Assembly: GCA_026770705.1 (NCBI GenBank)
Contig: JANJGN010000002.1
Location: 106,950,001-107,014,000 of the forward strand
Direction: 5' to 3'
Source: Isurus oxyrinchus
Lineage: Eukaryota
DNA length: 64,000 nt
Within the stretch, counting starts at the first letter, position 1. Each line of letters begins with the position of its first letter. This document shows positions 24,074-37,848 of the stretch, in pieces. A program made the translations under genes and the position numbers. Below the pieces are notes generated by a model. It was not told the DNA's origin. It worked only from the letters and a program-made list of their open reading frames with translations, and made no database searches.

Positions 24074-26255
24074 TTTACTTGTCCAATGTGCAAAAACAGA
24101 TGCCATTCAAACTATTTTTTCTGCCTGACTACTTTTTCTGCATATCAGTAGTGTTCCAGCGTGTTGCAATGCACAGCATTATTACAGCAGCCTTTCCAAA
24201 AAAAACACCATGAATCGATGCACTTTCCCAATCCTGATGCTGTCACGACGCTAGGTCTTTTCACTCTTGATGCTTTCTACCTTCTGTGTTTCGCATTCCC
24301 CTCATAGCTGAGCCCTCGCTGACTGTTCTCAACTGTGTCTCCGCGTGCCTTGATAATTCTTCAAGCAAGCTGATCATATTGAAAACAACACCCATAGATT
24401 GCGTCAGCTACCGGATTGATCAATTGCCTCCACAGGCCCCTTCTCGTCTTCAAAGCACCAGTATAGTACGACTCCTTGCTTTAGTTTGTAACAACAAACA
24501 AATGTATTGTACTGAACAAGCAAGGAAATAACAGAAGTTTAAGACATACCTTTTCAAAGTTCATTCATAACTTTCCTAACTCCATGTTTAAGGGAAACCA
24601 GTAAATGTTCTGCAAAGATAAAAGCAAAATACTGCACATGCTGGGAAACTGAAGCAAAAACAAAAATAGCTGGAAAACTCAGCAGGTCTGACAGCATCCG
24701 TGGAGAGGAAGTCAGAGTTATCGTTTCCAGTCCGTATGAGTCTTCATCAGACCTCCATCAGAAGTGGTCTGCAAAGCTGCGCTAAACTGAGCGTAATCCA
24801 ATGCCACATTTTACCCATCTGTTTGGCTTTACTTCAACATCAATGAGTACTCTCTTCTTGAATGACAGGCTTCGTGGCACCCAGGCGCATTATCTTTGAA
24901 AGTCATTGATTTCAAAGCGAAAGTCATTGATTGAAAGGCTTTTGTTTGCAATGTACAAAGTATCCAATCAATTCATACTTAGCTTCTTATCAGACACGTC
25001 AAGATAAAGACAGACTTGCATTATTTATCACTTCTCAAGTCCTCTGGACGTCCCAAATGTCATCACTGCTAATCACGTGTTTGTGACGTCTAGTCACTTG
25101 TGATGTAGGAAATGCGGCAAGTAATGTGCACACAACAAACAGCAATGTGAGAATCACCAGGTAAAATGTTGTCATAAAGTGGATTCAAGACAAAACGTTG
25201 CTCACGCTACTGGAGAAGAACATGCTGCTCATATCTGAACAGAATAACCAGCACGGTTTCTTTTCAACTGAATACCTTCAGTCCACTCTCCAGAAACCTG
25301 ACTCGGGACAAGCAACTTGGAAGTTGAAACTTTGTTCGAGCTAAGTGAGGGTGTTATATCTGTCAGTGAAGCTGCTTCTTCAGAACTTTTTCATTATGAC
25401 TGAATAAATTGGACCAATGCCAAGCCTCACTCAGAGATCCAGGTCACTTTTTGCCCCAAATGTTTCGGAGTTCCACAAGTGACTACGCATGCCTGCATGT
25501 TAGCATTTAAATGCAGTTTTTGTGCAAAAGCACAAGCTTGTGCTGTAGCATTCTTGCCTCTCACTTGCAGAACTGTAATTTCAAGCCAAATCGCAAGGTT
25601 TGAGTGCAACAATGCAGTTCACACACAAGTGGTTTACTGAGGGTGTGCTGCGCTCTCAGAAGTGCTATGACATGCATTTTACGTGAATCCGAAGCCACAT
25701 CTCCCTTCTCTTGGGATGGTAAGAGGTCCCCTGGCGCTATTCCAATGAATAACAGGGGGCTCCTACCTGCTGTCGTGGGCAATATTTAGCTCTCGGTCAG
25801 TATCATAAAAGACACACACTATCTCCTCGTTGCCGAATTGCTGTCTGGCGTTTGCAAGTTACCTGCACATTGGTGACATTAGAGCAGTGAACACATTTGA
25901 AACGCATTTCTTTGCCTGGAAAGTGCTTTCAGATTCGTGGCAATGATCAAACGCGCTCTATAAATGTGTCGCTGTTTTAACATATTGAGCCTTGACGAGA
26001 GTGCACAAAAAATCAATTACCCCAAAGTGCAATGTTGAACATGAATTTGCATATCGTGCAAGATTTGCAGCTGGCATGAGCGATGCTTGTTGCAGTCAAT
26101 ATTCTGGCATTGTAAAGAAAGATTTCCATGATTTTAGTCGCTGGAAATTGGTGTCTTTTCATATTCTGAGTCTTTAGGAGAACTGTTAGTTTGTCACCAT
26201 GGCTTTAGGAGAGGGCTCTCACTTCTCACCAAGGATATTGTACCTGCTCTTTTAT

Positions 26256-26369
26256 AAGCTCCCAATTCTCTTCAATTCGTATAAATCTTTCGCCTTTTAC
26301 TAAAGATTTCCGTGGAGAGAATTGATTGAGAATTTTGAAGCAATTTTTGAATGCCTGACCTCAGGCAGG
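26256..26369 (+). ncRNA. RNU5: U5 snRNA, copy 12
   Basis: Intact core; A77. Confidence 0.96.
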
Positions 26370-28551
26370 TTTACTTGTCCAATGTGCAAAAACAGATGCC
26401 ATTCAAACTATTTTTTCTGCCTGACTACTTTTTCCGCATATCAGTAGTGCTCCAGCGTGTTGCAATGCACAGCATTATTACAGCAGCCTTTCCAAAAAAA
26501 ACACCATGAATCGATGCACTTTCCCAATCCTGATGCTGTCACGACGCTAGGTCTTTTCACTCTTGATGCTTTCTTCCTTCTGTGTTTCGCATTCCCCTCA
26601 TAGCTGAGCCCTCGCTGACTGTTCTCAACTGTGTCTCCGCGTGCCTTGATAATTCTTCAAGCAAGCTGCTCATATTGAAAACAACACCCATAGATTGCGT
26701 CAGCTACCGGATTGATCAATTGCCTCCACAGGCCCCTTCTCGTCTTCAAAGCACCAGTATAGTCCGACTCCTTGCTTGAGTTTGTAACAACAAACAAATG
26801 TATTGTACTGAACAAGCAAGGAAATAACAGAAGTTTAAGACATACCTTTTCAAAGTTCATTCATAACTTTCCTAACTCCATGTTTAAGGGAAACCAGTAA
26901 ATGGTCTGCAAAGATAAAAGGAAAATACTGCACATGCTGGGAAACTGAAGCAAAAACAAAAATAGCTGGAAAACGCAGCAGGTCTGACAGCATCTGTGGA
27001 GAGGAAGTCAGAGTTATCGTTTCCAGTCCGTATGAGTCTTCATCAGACCTCCATCAGAAGTGGTCTGCAAAGCTGGGCTAAACTGAGCGTAATCCAATGC
27101 CACATTTTACCCATCTGTTTGGCTTTACTTCAACATCTATGAGCGCTCTCTTCTTGAATGACAGGCTTCGTGGCACCCAGGCGCATTATCTTTGAAAGTC
27201 ATTGATTTCAAAGCGAAAGTCATTGATTGAAAGGCTTTTGTTTGCAATGTACAAAGTATCCAATCAATTCATACTTAGCTTCTTATCAGACACGTCAAGA
27301 TAAAGACAGACTTGCATTATTTATCACTTCTCAAGTCCTCTGGACGTCCCAAATGTCATCACTGCTAATCACGTGTTTGTGACGTCTAGTCACTTGTGAT
27401 GTAGGAAATGCGGCAAGTAATGTGCACACAACAAACAGCAATGTGAGAATCACCAGGTAAAATGTTGTCATAAAGTGGATTCAAGACAAAACGTTGCTCA
27501 CGCTACTGGAGAAGAACATGCTGCTCATATCTGAACAGAATAACCAGCACGGTTTCTTTTCAACTGAATACCTTCAGTCCACTCTCCAGAAACCTGACTC
27601 GGGACAAGCAACTTGGAAGTTGAAACTTTGTTCGAGCTAAGTGAGGGTGTTATATCTGTCAGTGAAGCTGCTTCTTCAGAACTTTTTCATTATGACTGAA
27701 TAAATTGGACCAATGCCAAGCCTCACTCAGAGATCCAGGTCACTTTTTGCCCCAAATGTTTCGGAGTTCCACAAGTGACTACGCATGCCTGCATGTTAGC
27801 ATTTAAATGCAGTTTTTGTGCAAAAGCACAAGCTTGTGCTGTAGCATTCTTGCCTCTCACTTGCAGAACTGTAATTTCAAGCCAAATCGCAAGGTTGGAG
27901 TGCAAAAATGCAGTTGACACACAAGTGATTTACTGAGGGTGTGCTGCGCTCTCAGAAGTGCTATGACGTGCATTTTACTTGAATCCGAAGCCATATCTCC
28001 CTTCTCTTGGGATGGTAAGAGGTCCCCTGGCGCTATTCCAATGAATAACAGGGGGCTCCTACCTGCTGTTGTGGGCAATATTTAGCTCTCGGTCAGTATC
28101 ATAAAAGACACGCACTATCTCCTCGATGCCGAATTGCTGTCTGGCGTTTGCAAGCTACCTGCACGTTGGTGACATTAGAGCAGTGAACACATTTGAAACG
28201 CATTTCTTTGCCTGGAAAGTGCTTTCAGATTCGTGGCAATGATCAAACGCGCTCTATAAATGTGTCGTTGTTTTAACATATTGAGCCTTGACGAGAGTGC
28301 ACAAAAAATCAATTACCCCAAAGTGCAATGTTGAACATGAATTTGCATATCGTGCAAGATTTGCAGCTGGCATGAGCGATGCTTGTTGCAGTCAATATTC
28401 TGGCATTGTAAAGAAAGATTTCCATGATTTTAGTTGCTGGAAATTGGTGTCTTTTCATATTCTGAGTATTTAGGAGAACTGTTAGTTTGTCACCACGGCT
28501 TTAGGAGAGGGCTCTCACTTCTCACCAAGGATATTGTACCTGCTCTTTTAT

Positions 28552-28665
28552 AAGCTCCCAATTCTCTTCAATTCGTATAAATCTTTCGCCTTTTACTAAA
28601 GATTTCCATGGAGAGAATTGATTGAGAGTTTTGAAGCAATTTTTGAATGCCTGACCTCAGGCAGG
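28552..28665 (+). ncRNA. RNU5: U5 snRNA, copy 13 (G57A variant)
   Basis: TTTCCATGG instead of TTTCCGTGG (28608); G77; 3' box ends CAGT. Confidence 0.92.
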
Positions 28666-30847
28666 TTTACTTGTCCAATGTGCAAAAACAGTTGCCATTC
28701 AAACTATTTTTTCTGCCTGACTACTTTTTCTGCATATCAGTAGTGTTCCAGCATGTTGCAATGCACAGCATTATTACAGCAGCCTTTCCAAAAAAAACAC
28801 CATGAATCGATGCACTTTCCCAATCCTGATGCTGTCACGACGCTAGGTCTTTTCACTCTTGATGCTTTCTTCCTTCTGTGTTTCGCATTCCCCTCATAGC
28901 TGAGCCCTCGCTGACTGTTCTCAACTGTGTCTCCGCGTGCCTTGATAATTCTTCAAGCAAGCTCCTCATATTGAAAACAACACCCATAGATTGCGTCAGC
29001 TACCGGATTGATCAATTGCCTCCACAGGCCCCTTCTCGTCTTCAAAGCACCAGTATAGTCCGACTCCTTGCTTGAGTTTGTAACAACAAACAAATGTATT
29101 GTACTGAACAAGCAAGGAAATAACAGAAGTTTAAGACATACCTTTTCAAAGTTCATTCATAACTTTCCTAACTCCATGTTTAAGGGAAACCAGTAAATGG
29201 TCTGCAAAGATAAAAGGAAAATACTGCACATGCTGGGAAACTGAAGCAAAAACAAAAATAGCTGGAAAACGCAGCAGGTCTGACAGCATCTGTGGAGAGG
29301 AAGTCAGAGTTATCGTTTCCAGTCCGTATGAGTCTTCATCAGACCTCCATCAGAAGTGGTCTGCAAAGCTGGGCTAAACTGAGCGTAATCCAATGCCACA
29401 TTTTACCCATCTGTTTGGCTTTACTTCAACATCTATGAGCGCTCTCTTCTTGAATGACAGGCTTCGTGGCACCCAGGCGCATTATCTTTGAAAGTCATTG
29501 ATTTCAAAGCGAAAGTCATTGATTGAAAGGCTTTTGTTTGCAATGTACAAAGTATCCAATCAATTCATACTTAGCTTCTTATCAGACACGTCAAGATAAA
29601 GACAGACTTGCATTATTTATCACTTCTCAAGTCCTCTGGACGTCCCAAATGTCATCACTGCTAATCACGTGTTTGTGACGTCTAGTCACTTGTGATGTAG
29701 GAAATGCGGCAAGTAATGTGCACACAACAAACAGCAATGTGAGAATCACCAGGTAAAATGTTGTCATAAAGTGGATTCAAGACAAAACGTTGCTCACGCT
29801 ACTGGAGAAGAACATGCTGCTCATATCTGAACAGAATAACCAGCACGGTTTCTTTTCAACTGAATACCTTCAGTCCACTCTCCAGAAACCTGACTCGGGA
29901 CAAGCAACTTGGAAGTTGAAACTTTGTTCGAGCTAAGTGAGGGTGTTATATCTGTCAGTGAAGCTGCTTCTTCAGAACTTTTTCATTATGACTGAATAAA
30001 TTGGACCAATGCCAAGCCTCACTCAGAGATCCAGGTCACTTTTTGCCCCAAATGTTTCGGAGTTCCACAAGTGACTACGCATGCCTGCATGTTAGCATTT
30101 AAATGCAGTTTTTGTGCAAAAGCACAAGCTTGTGCTGTAGCATTCTTGCCTCTCACTTGCAGAACTGTAATTTCAAGCCAAATCGCAAGGTTGGAGTGCA
30201 AAAATGCAGTTGACACACAAGTGATTTACTGAGGGTGTGCTGCGCTCTCAGAAGTGCTATGACGTGCATTTTACTTGAATCCGAAGCCATATCTCCCTTC
30301 TCTTGGGATGGTAAGAGGTCCCCTGGCGCTATTCCAATGAATAACAGGGGGCTCCTACCTGCTGTTGTGGGCAATATTTAGCTCTCGGTCAGTATCATAA
30401 AAGACACGCACTATCTCCTCGATGCCGAATTGCTGTCTGGCGTTTGCAAGCTACCTGCACGTTGGTGACATTAGAGCAGTGAACACATTTGAAACGCATT
30501 TCTTTGCCTGGAAAGTGCTTTCAGATTCGTGGCAATGATCAAACGCGCTCTATAAATGTGTCGCTGTTTTAACATATTGAGCCTTGACGAGAGTGCACAA
30601 AAAATCAATTACCCCAAAGTGCAATGTTGAACATGAATTTGCATATCGTGCAAGATTTGCAGCTGGCATGAGCGATGCTTGTTGCAGTCAATATTCTGGC
30701 ATTGTAAAGAAAGATTTCCATGATTTTAGTTGCTGGAAATTGGTGTCTTTTCATATTCTGAGTATTTAGGAGAACTGTTAGTTTGTCACCACGGCTTTAG
30801 GAGAGGGCTCTCACTTCTCACCAAGGATATTGTACCTGCTCTTTTAT

Positions 30848-30961
30848 AAGCTCCCAATTCTCTTCAATTCGTATAAATCTTTCGCCTTTTACTAAAGATT
30901 TCCATGGAGAGAATTGATTGAGAGTTTTGAAGCAATTTTTGAATGCCTGACCTCAGGCAGG
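30848..30961 (+). ncRNA. RNU5: U5 snRNA, copy 14 (G57A variant)
   Basis: TTTCCATGG (30904); G77; 3' box ends CAGT. Confidence 0.92.
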
Positions 30962-33143
30962 TTTACTTGTCCAATGTGCAAAAACAGTTGCCATTCAAAC
31001 TATTTTTTCTGCCTGACTACTTTTTCTGCATATCAGTAGTGTTCCAGCATGTTGCAATGCACAGCATTATTACAGCAGCCTTTCCAAAAAAAACACCATG
31101 AATCGATGCACTTTCCCAATCCTGATGCTGTCACGACGCTAGGTCTTTTCACTCTTGATGCTTTCTTCCTTCTGTGTTTCGCATTCCCCTCATAGCTGAG
31201 CCCTCGCTGACTGTTCTCAACTGTGTCTCCGCGTGCCTTGATAATTCTTCAAGCAAGCTCCTCATATTGAAAACAACACCCATAGATTGCGTCAGCTACC
31301 GGATTGATCAATTGCCTCCACAGGCCCCTTCTCGTCTTCAAAGCACCAGTATAGTCCGACTCCTTGCTTGAGTTTGTAACAACAAACAAATGTATTGTAC
31401 TGAACAAGCAAGGAAATAACAGAAGTTTAAGACATACCTTTTCAAAGTTCATTCATAACTTTCCTAACTCCATGTTTAAGGGAAACCAGTAAATGGTCTG
31501 CAAAGATAAAAGGAAAATACTGCACATGCTGGGAAACTGAAGCAAAAACAAAAATAGCTGGAAAACGCAGCAGGTCTGACAGCATCTGTGGAGAGGAAGT
31601 CAGAGTTATCGTTTCCAGTCCGTATGAGTCTTCATCAGACCTCCATCAGAAGTGGTCTGCAAAGCTACGCTAAACTGAGCGTAATCCAATGCCACATTTT
31701 ACCCATCTGTTTGGCTTTACTTCAACATCTATGAGCGCTCTCTTCTTGAATGACAGGCTTCGTGGCACCCAGGCGCATTATCTTTGAAAGTCATTGATTT
31801 CAAAGCGAAAGTCATTGATTGAAAGGCTTTTGTTTGCAATGTACAAAGTATCCAATCAATTCATACTTAGCTTCTTATCAGACACGTCAAGGTAAAGACA
31901 GACTTGCATTATTTATCACTTCTCAAGTCCTCTGGACGTCCCAAATGTCATCACAGCTAATCACGTGTTTGTGACGTCTAGTCACTTGTGATGTAGGAAA
32001 CGCAGCAAATAATGTGAGCACAACAAACAGCAATGTGAGAATCACCAGGTAAAATGTTGTCATAAATTGGATTCAAGACAAAACGTTGCACACGCTACTG
32101 GGGAAGAACATGCTGCTCATATCTGAACAGAATAACCAGCACGGTTTCTTTTCAACTGTATACCTTCAGTCCACTCTCCAGAAACCTGACTCGGGACAAG
32201 CAACTTGGAAGTTGAAACTTTGTTCGAACTAAGTGAGGGTGTTATATCTGTCAGTGAAGCTGCTTCTTCAGAACTTTTTCATTATGACTGAATAAATTGG
32301 ACCAATGCCAAGCCTCACGCAGAGATCCAAGTCACTTTTTGCCCCAAATGTTTCGGAGTTCCACAAGTGACTACGCATGCCTGCATGTTAGCATTTAAAT
32401 GCAGTTTTTGTGCAAAAGCACAAGCTTGTGCTGTAGCATTCTTGCCTCTCACTTGCAGAACTGTAATTTCAAGCCAAATCGCAAGGTTGGAGTGCAAAAA
32501 TGCAGTTGACACACAAGTGATTTACTGAGGGTGTGCTGCGCTCTCAGAAGTGCTATGACGTGCATTTTACTTGAATCCGAAGCCATATCTCCCTTCTCTT
32601 GGGATGGTAAGAGGTCCCCTGGCGCTATTCCAATGAATAACAGGGGGCTCCTACATGCTGTCATGGGCAATATTTAGCTCTCGGTCAGTATCATAAAAGA
32701 CACGCACTATCTCCTCGATGCCGAATTGCTGTCTGGCGTTTGCAAGCTACCTGCACGTTGGTGACATTAGAGCAGTGAACACATTTGAAACGCATTTCTT
32801 TGCCTGGAAAGTGCTTTCAGATTCGTGGCAATGATCAAACGCGCTCTATAAATGTGTCGCTGTTTTAACATATTGAGCCTTGACGAGAGTGCACAAAAAA
32901 TCAATTACCCCAAAGTGCAATGTTGAACATGAATTTGCATATCGTGCAAGATTTGCAGCTGGCATGAGCGATGCTTGTTGCAGTCAATATTCTGGCATTG
33001 TAAAGAAAGATTTCCATGATTTTAGTCGCTGGAAATTGGTGTCTTTTCATATTCTGAGTATTTAGGAGAACTGTTAGTTTGTCACCACGGCTTTAGAAGA
33101 GGGCTCTCACTTCTCACCAAGGATATTGTACCTGCTCTTTCAT

Positions 33144-33257
33144 AAGCTCCCAATTCTCTTCAATTCGTATAAATCTTTCGCCTTTTACTAAAGATTTCCG
33201 TGGAGAGAATTGATTGAGAGTTTTGAAGCAATTTTTGAATGCCTGACCTCAGGCAGG
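33144..33257 (+). ncRNA. RNU5: U5 snRNA, copy 15
   Basis: Intact core; G77. Confidence 0.96.
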
Positions 33258-35438
33258 TTTACTTGTCCAATGTGCAAAAACAGATGCCATTCAAACTATT
33301 TTTTCTGCCTGACTACTTTTTCTGTATATCAGTAGTGTTCCAGCGTGTTGCAATGCACAGCATTATTACAGCAGCCTTTCCAAAAAAAACACCATGAATC
33401 GATGCACTTTCCCAATCCTGATGCTGTCACGACGCTAGGTCTTTTCACTCTTGATGCTTTCTACCTTCTGTGTTTCGCATTCCCCTCATAGCTGAGCCCT
33501 CGCTGACTGTTCTCAACTGTGTCTCCGCGTGCCTTGATAATTCTTCAAGCAAGCTGCTCATATTGAAAACAACACCCATAGATTGCGTCAGCTACCGGAT
33601 TGATCAATTGCCTCCACAGGCCCCTTCTCGTCTTCAAAGCACCAGTATAGTACGACTCCTTGCTTTAGTTTGTAACAACAAACAAATGTATTGTACTGAA
33701 CAAGCAAGGAAATAACAGAAGTTTAAGACATACCTTTTCAAAGTTCATTCATAACTTTCCTAACTCCATGTTTAAGGGAAACCAGTAAATGTTCTGCAAA
33801 GATAAAAGCAAAATACTGCACATGCTGGGAAACTGAAGCAAAAACAAAAATAGCTGGAAAACTCAGCAGGTCTGACAGCATCCGTGGAGAGGAAGTCAGA
33901 GTTATCGTTTCCAGTCCGTATGAGTCTTCATCAGACCTCCATCAGAAGTGGTCTGCAAAGCTGCGCTAAACTGAGCGTAATCCAATGCCACATTTTACCC
34001 ATCTGTTTGGCTTTACTTCAACATCAATGAGTACTCTCTTCTTGAATGACAGGCTTCGTGGCACCCAGGCGCATTATCTTTGAAAGTCATTGATTTCAAA
34101 GCGAAAGTCATTGATTGAAAGGCTTTTGTTTGCAATGTACAAAGTATCCAATCAATTCATACTTAGCTTCGTATCAGACACGTCAAGATAAAGACAGACT
34201 TGCATTATTTATCACTTCTCAAGTCCTCTGGACGTCCCAAATGTCATCACTGCTAATCACGTGTTTGTGACGTCTAGTCACTTGTGATGTAGGAAATGCG
34301 GCAAGTAATGTGCACACAACAAACAGCAATGTGAGAATCACCAGGTAAAATGTTGTCATAAAGTGGATTCAAGACAAAACGTTGCTCACGCTACTGGGGA
34401 AGAACATGCTGCTCATATCTGAACAGAATAACCAGCACGGTTTCTTTTCAACTGTATACCTTCAGTCCACTCTCCAGAAACCTGACTCGGGACAAGCAAC
34501 TTGGAAGTTGAAACTTTGTTCGAGCTAAGTGAGGGTGTTATATCTGTCAGTGAAGCTGCTTCTTCAGAACTTTTTCATTATGACTGAATAAATTGGACCA
34601 GTGCCAAGCCTCACTCAGAGATCCAGGTCACTTTTTGCCCCAAATGTTTCGGAGTTCCACAAGTGACTACGCATGCCTGCATTTTAGCATTTAAATGCAG
34701 TTTTTGTGCAAAAGCACAAGCTTGTGCTGTAGCACTCTTCCTCTCACTTGCAGAAATGTAATTTCAAGCCAAATCGCAAGATTTGAGTGCAACAATGCAG
34801 TTCACACACAAGTGGTTTACTGAGGGTGTGCTGCGCTCTCAGAAGTGCTATGACATGCATTTTACGTGAATCCGAAGCCACATCTCCCTTCTCTTGGGAT
34901 GGTAAGAGGTCCCCTGGCGCTATTCCAATGAATAACAGGGGGGTCCTACCTGCTGTCGTGGGCAATATTTAGCTCTCGGTCAGTATCATAAAAGACACAC
35001 ACTATCTCCTCGTTGCCGAATTGCTGTCTGGCGTTTGCAAGCTACCTGCACATTGGTGACATTAGAGCAGTGAACACATTTGAAACGCATTTCTTTGCCT
35101 GGAAAGTGCTTTCAGATTCGTGGCAATGATCAAACGCGCTCTATAAATGTGTCGCTGTTTTAACATATTGAGCCTTGACGAGAGTGCACAAAAAATCAAT
35201 TACCCCAAAGTGCAATGTTGAACATGAATTTGCATATCGTGCAAGATTTGCAGCTGGCATGAGCGATGCTTGTTGCAGTCAATATTCTGGCATTGTAAAG
35301 AAAGATTTCCATGATTTTAGTCGCTGGAAATTGGTGTCTTTTCATATTCTGAGTCTTTAGGAGAACTGTTAGTTTGTCACCATGGCTTTAGGAGAGGGCT
35401 CTCACTTCTCACCAAGGATATTGTACCTGCTCTTTTAT

Positions 35439-35552
35439 AAGCTCCCAATTCTCTTCAATTCGTATAAATCTTTCGCCTTTTACTAAAGATTTCCGTGGAG
35501 AGAATTGATTGAGAATTTTGAAGCAATTTTTGAATGCCTGACCTCAGGCAGG
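35439..35552 (+). ncRNA. RNU5: U5 snRNA, copy 16
   Basis: Intact core; A77. Confidence 0.96.
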
Positions 35553-37734
35553 TTTAATTGTCCAATGTGCAAAAACAGATGCCATTCAAGCTATTTTTTC
35601 TGCCTGACTACTTTTTCTGCATATCAGTAGTGCTCCAGCGTGTTGCAATGCACAGCATTATTACAGCAGCCTTTCCAAAAAAAACACCATGAATCGATGC
35701 ACTTTCCCAATCCTGATGCTGTCACGACGCTAGGTCTTTTCACTCTTGATGCTTTCTACCTTCTGTGTTTCGCATTCCCCTCATAGCTGAGCCCTCGCTG
35801 ACTGTTCTCAACTGTGTCTCCGCGTGCCTTGATAATTCTTCAAGCAAGCTGATCATATTGAAAACAACACCCATAGATTGCGTCAGCTACCGGATTGATC
35901 AATTGCCTCCACAGGCCCCTTCTCGTCTTCAAAGCACCAGTATAGTACGACTCCTTGCTTTAGTTTGTAACAACAAACAAATGTATTGTACTGAACAAGC
36001 AAGGAAATAACAGAAGTTTAAGACATACCTTTTCAAAGTTCATTCATAACTTTCCTAACTCCATCTTTAAGGGAAACCAGTAAATGTTCTGCAAAGATAA
36101 AAGCAAAATACTGCACATGCTGGGAAACTGAAGCAAAAACAAAAATAGCTGGAAAACGCAGCAGGTCTGACAGCATCTGTGGAGAGGAAGTCAGAGTTAT
36201 CGTTTGCAGTCCGTATGAGTCTTCATCAGACCTCCATCAGAAGTGGTCTGCAAAGCTACGCTAAACTGAGCGTAATCCAATGCCACATTTTACCCATCTG
36301 TTTGGCTTTACTTCAACATCAATGAGTACTCTCTTCGTGAATGACAGGCTTCGTGGCACCCAGGCGCATTATCTTTGAAAGTCATTGATTTCAAAGCTAA
36401 AGTCATTGATTGAAAGGCTTTTGTTTGCAATGTACAAAGTATCCAATCAATTCATAGTTAGCTTCTTATCAGACACGTCAAGATAAAGACAGACTTGCAT
36501 TATTTATCACTTCTCAAGTCCTCTGGACGTCCCAAATGTCATCACTGCTAATCACGTGTTTGTGACGTCTAGTCACTTGTGATGTAGGAAATGCGGCAAG
36601 TAATGTGCACACAACAAACAGCAATGTGAGAATCACCAGGTAAAATGTTGTCATAAAGTGGATTCAAGACAAAACGTTGCTCACGCTAGTGGGGAAGAAC
36701 ATGCTGCTCATATCTGAACAGAATAACCAGCACGGTTTCTTTTCAACTGTATACCTTCAGTCCACTCTCCTGAAACCTGACTCGGGACAAGCAACTTGGA
36801 AGTTGAAACTTTGTTCGAGCTAAGTGAGGGTGTTATATCTGTCAGTGAAGCTGCTTCTTCAGAACTTTTTCATTATGACTGAATAAATTGGACCAATGCC
36901 AAGCCTCACGCAGAGATCCAAGTCACTTTTTGCCCCAAATGTTTCGGAGTTCCACAAGTGACTACGCATGCCTGCATGTTAGCATTTAAATGCAGTTTTT
37001 GTGCAAAAGCACAAGCTTGTGCTGTAGCATTCTTGCCTCTCACTTGCAGAACTGTAATTTCAAGCCAAATCGCAAGGTTGGAGTGCAAAAATGCAGTTGA
37101 CACACAAGTGATTTACTGAGGGTGTGCTGCGCTCTCAGAAGTGCTATGACGTGCATTTTACTTGAATCCGAAGCCATATCTCCCTTCTCTTGGGATGGTA
37201 AGAGGTCCCCTGGCGCTATTCCAATGAATAACAGGGGGCTCCTACCTGCTGTCGTGGGCAATATTTAGCTCTCGGTCAGTATCATAAAAGACACGCACTA
37301 TCTCCTCGATGCCGAATTGCTGTCTGGCGTTTGCAAGCTACCTGCACGTTGGTGACATTAGAGCAGTGAACACATTTGAAACGCATTTCTTTGCCTGGAA
37401 AGTGCTTTCAGATTCGTGGCAATGATCAAACGCGCTCTATAAATGTGTCGCTGTTTTAACATATTGAGCCTTGACGAGAGTGCACAAAAAATCAATTACC
37501 CCAAAGTGCAATGTTGAACATGAATTTGCATATTGTGCAAGATTTGCAGCTGGCATGAGCGATGCTTGTTGCAGTCAATATTCTGGCATTGTAAAGAAAG
37601 ATTTCCATGATTTTAGTCGCTGGAAATTGGTGTCTTTTCATATTCTGAGTCTTTAGGAGAACTGTTAGTTTGTCACCATGGCTTTAGGAGAGGGCTCTCA
37701 CTTCTCACCAAGGATATTGTACCTGCTCTTTCAT

Positions 37735-37848
37735 AAGCTCCCAATTCTCTTCAATTCGTATAAATCTTTCGCCTTTTACTAAAGATTTCCGTGGAGAGAA
37801 TTGATTGAGAGTTTTGAAGCAATTTTTGAATGCCTGACCTCAGGCAGG
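37735..37848 (+). ncRNA. RNU5: U5 snRNA, copy 17
   Basis: Intact core; G77. Confidence 0.96.
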
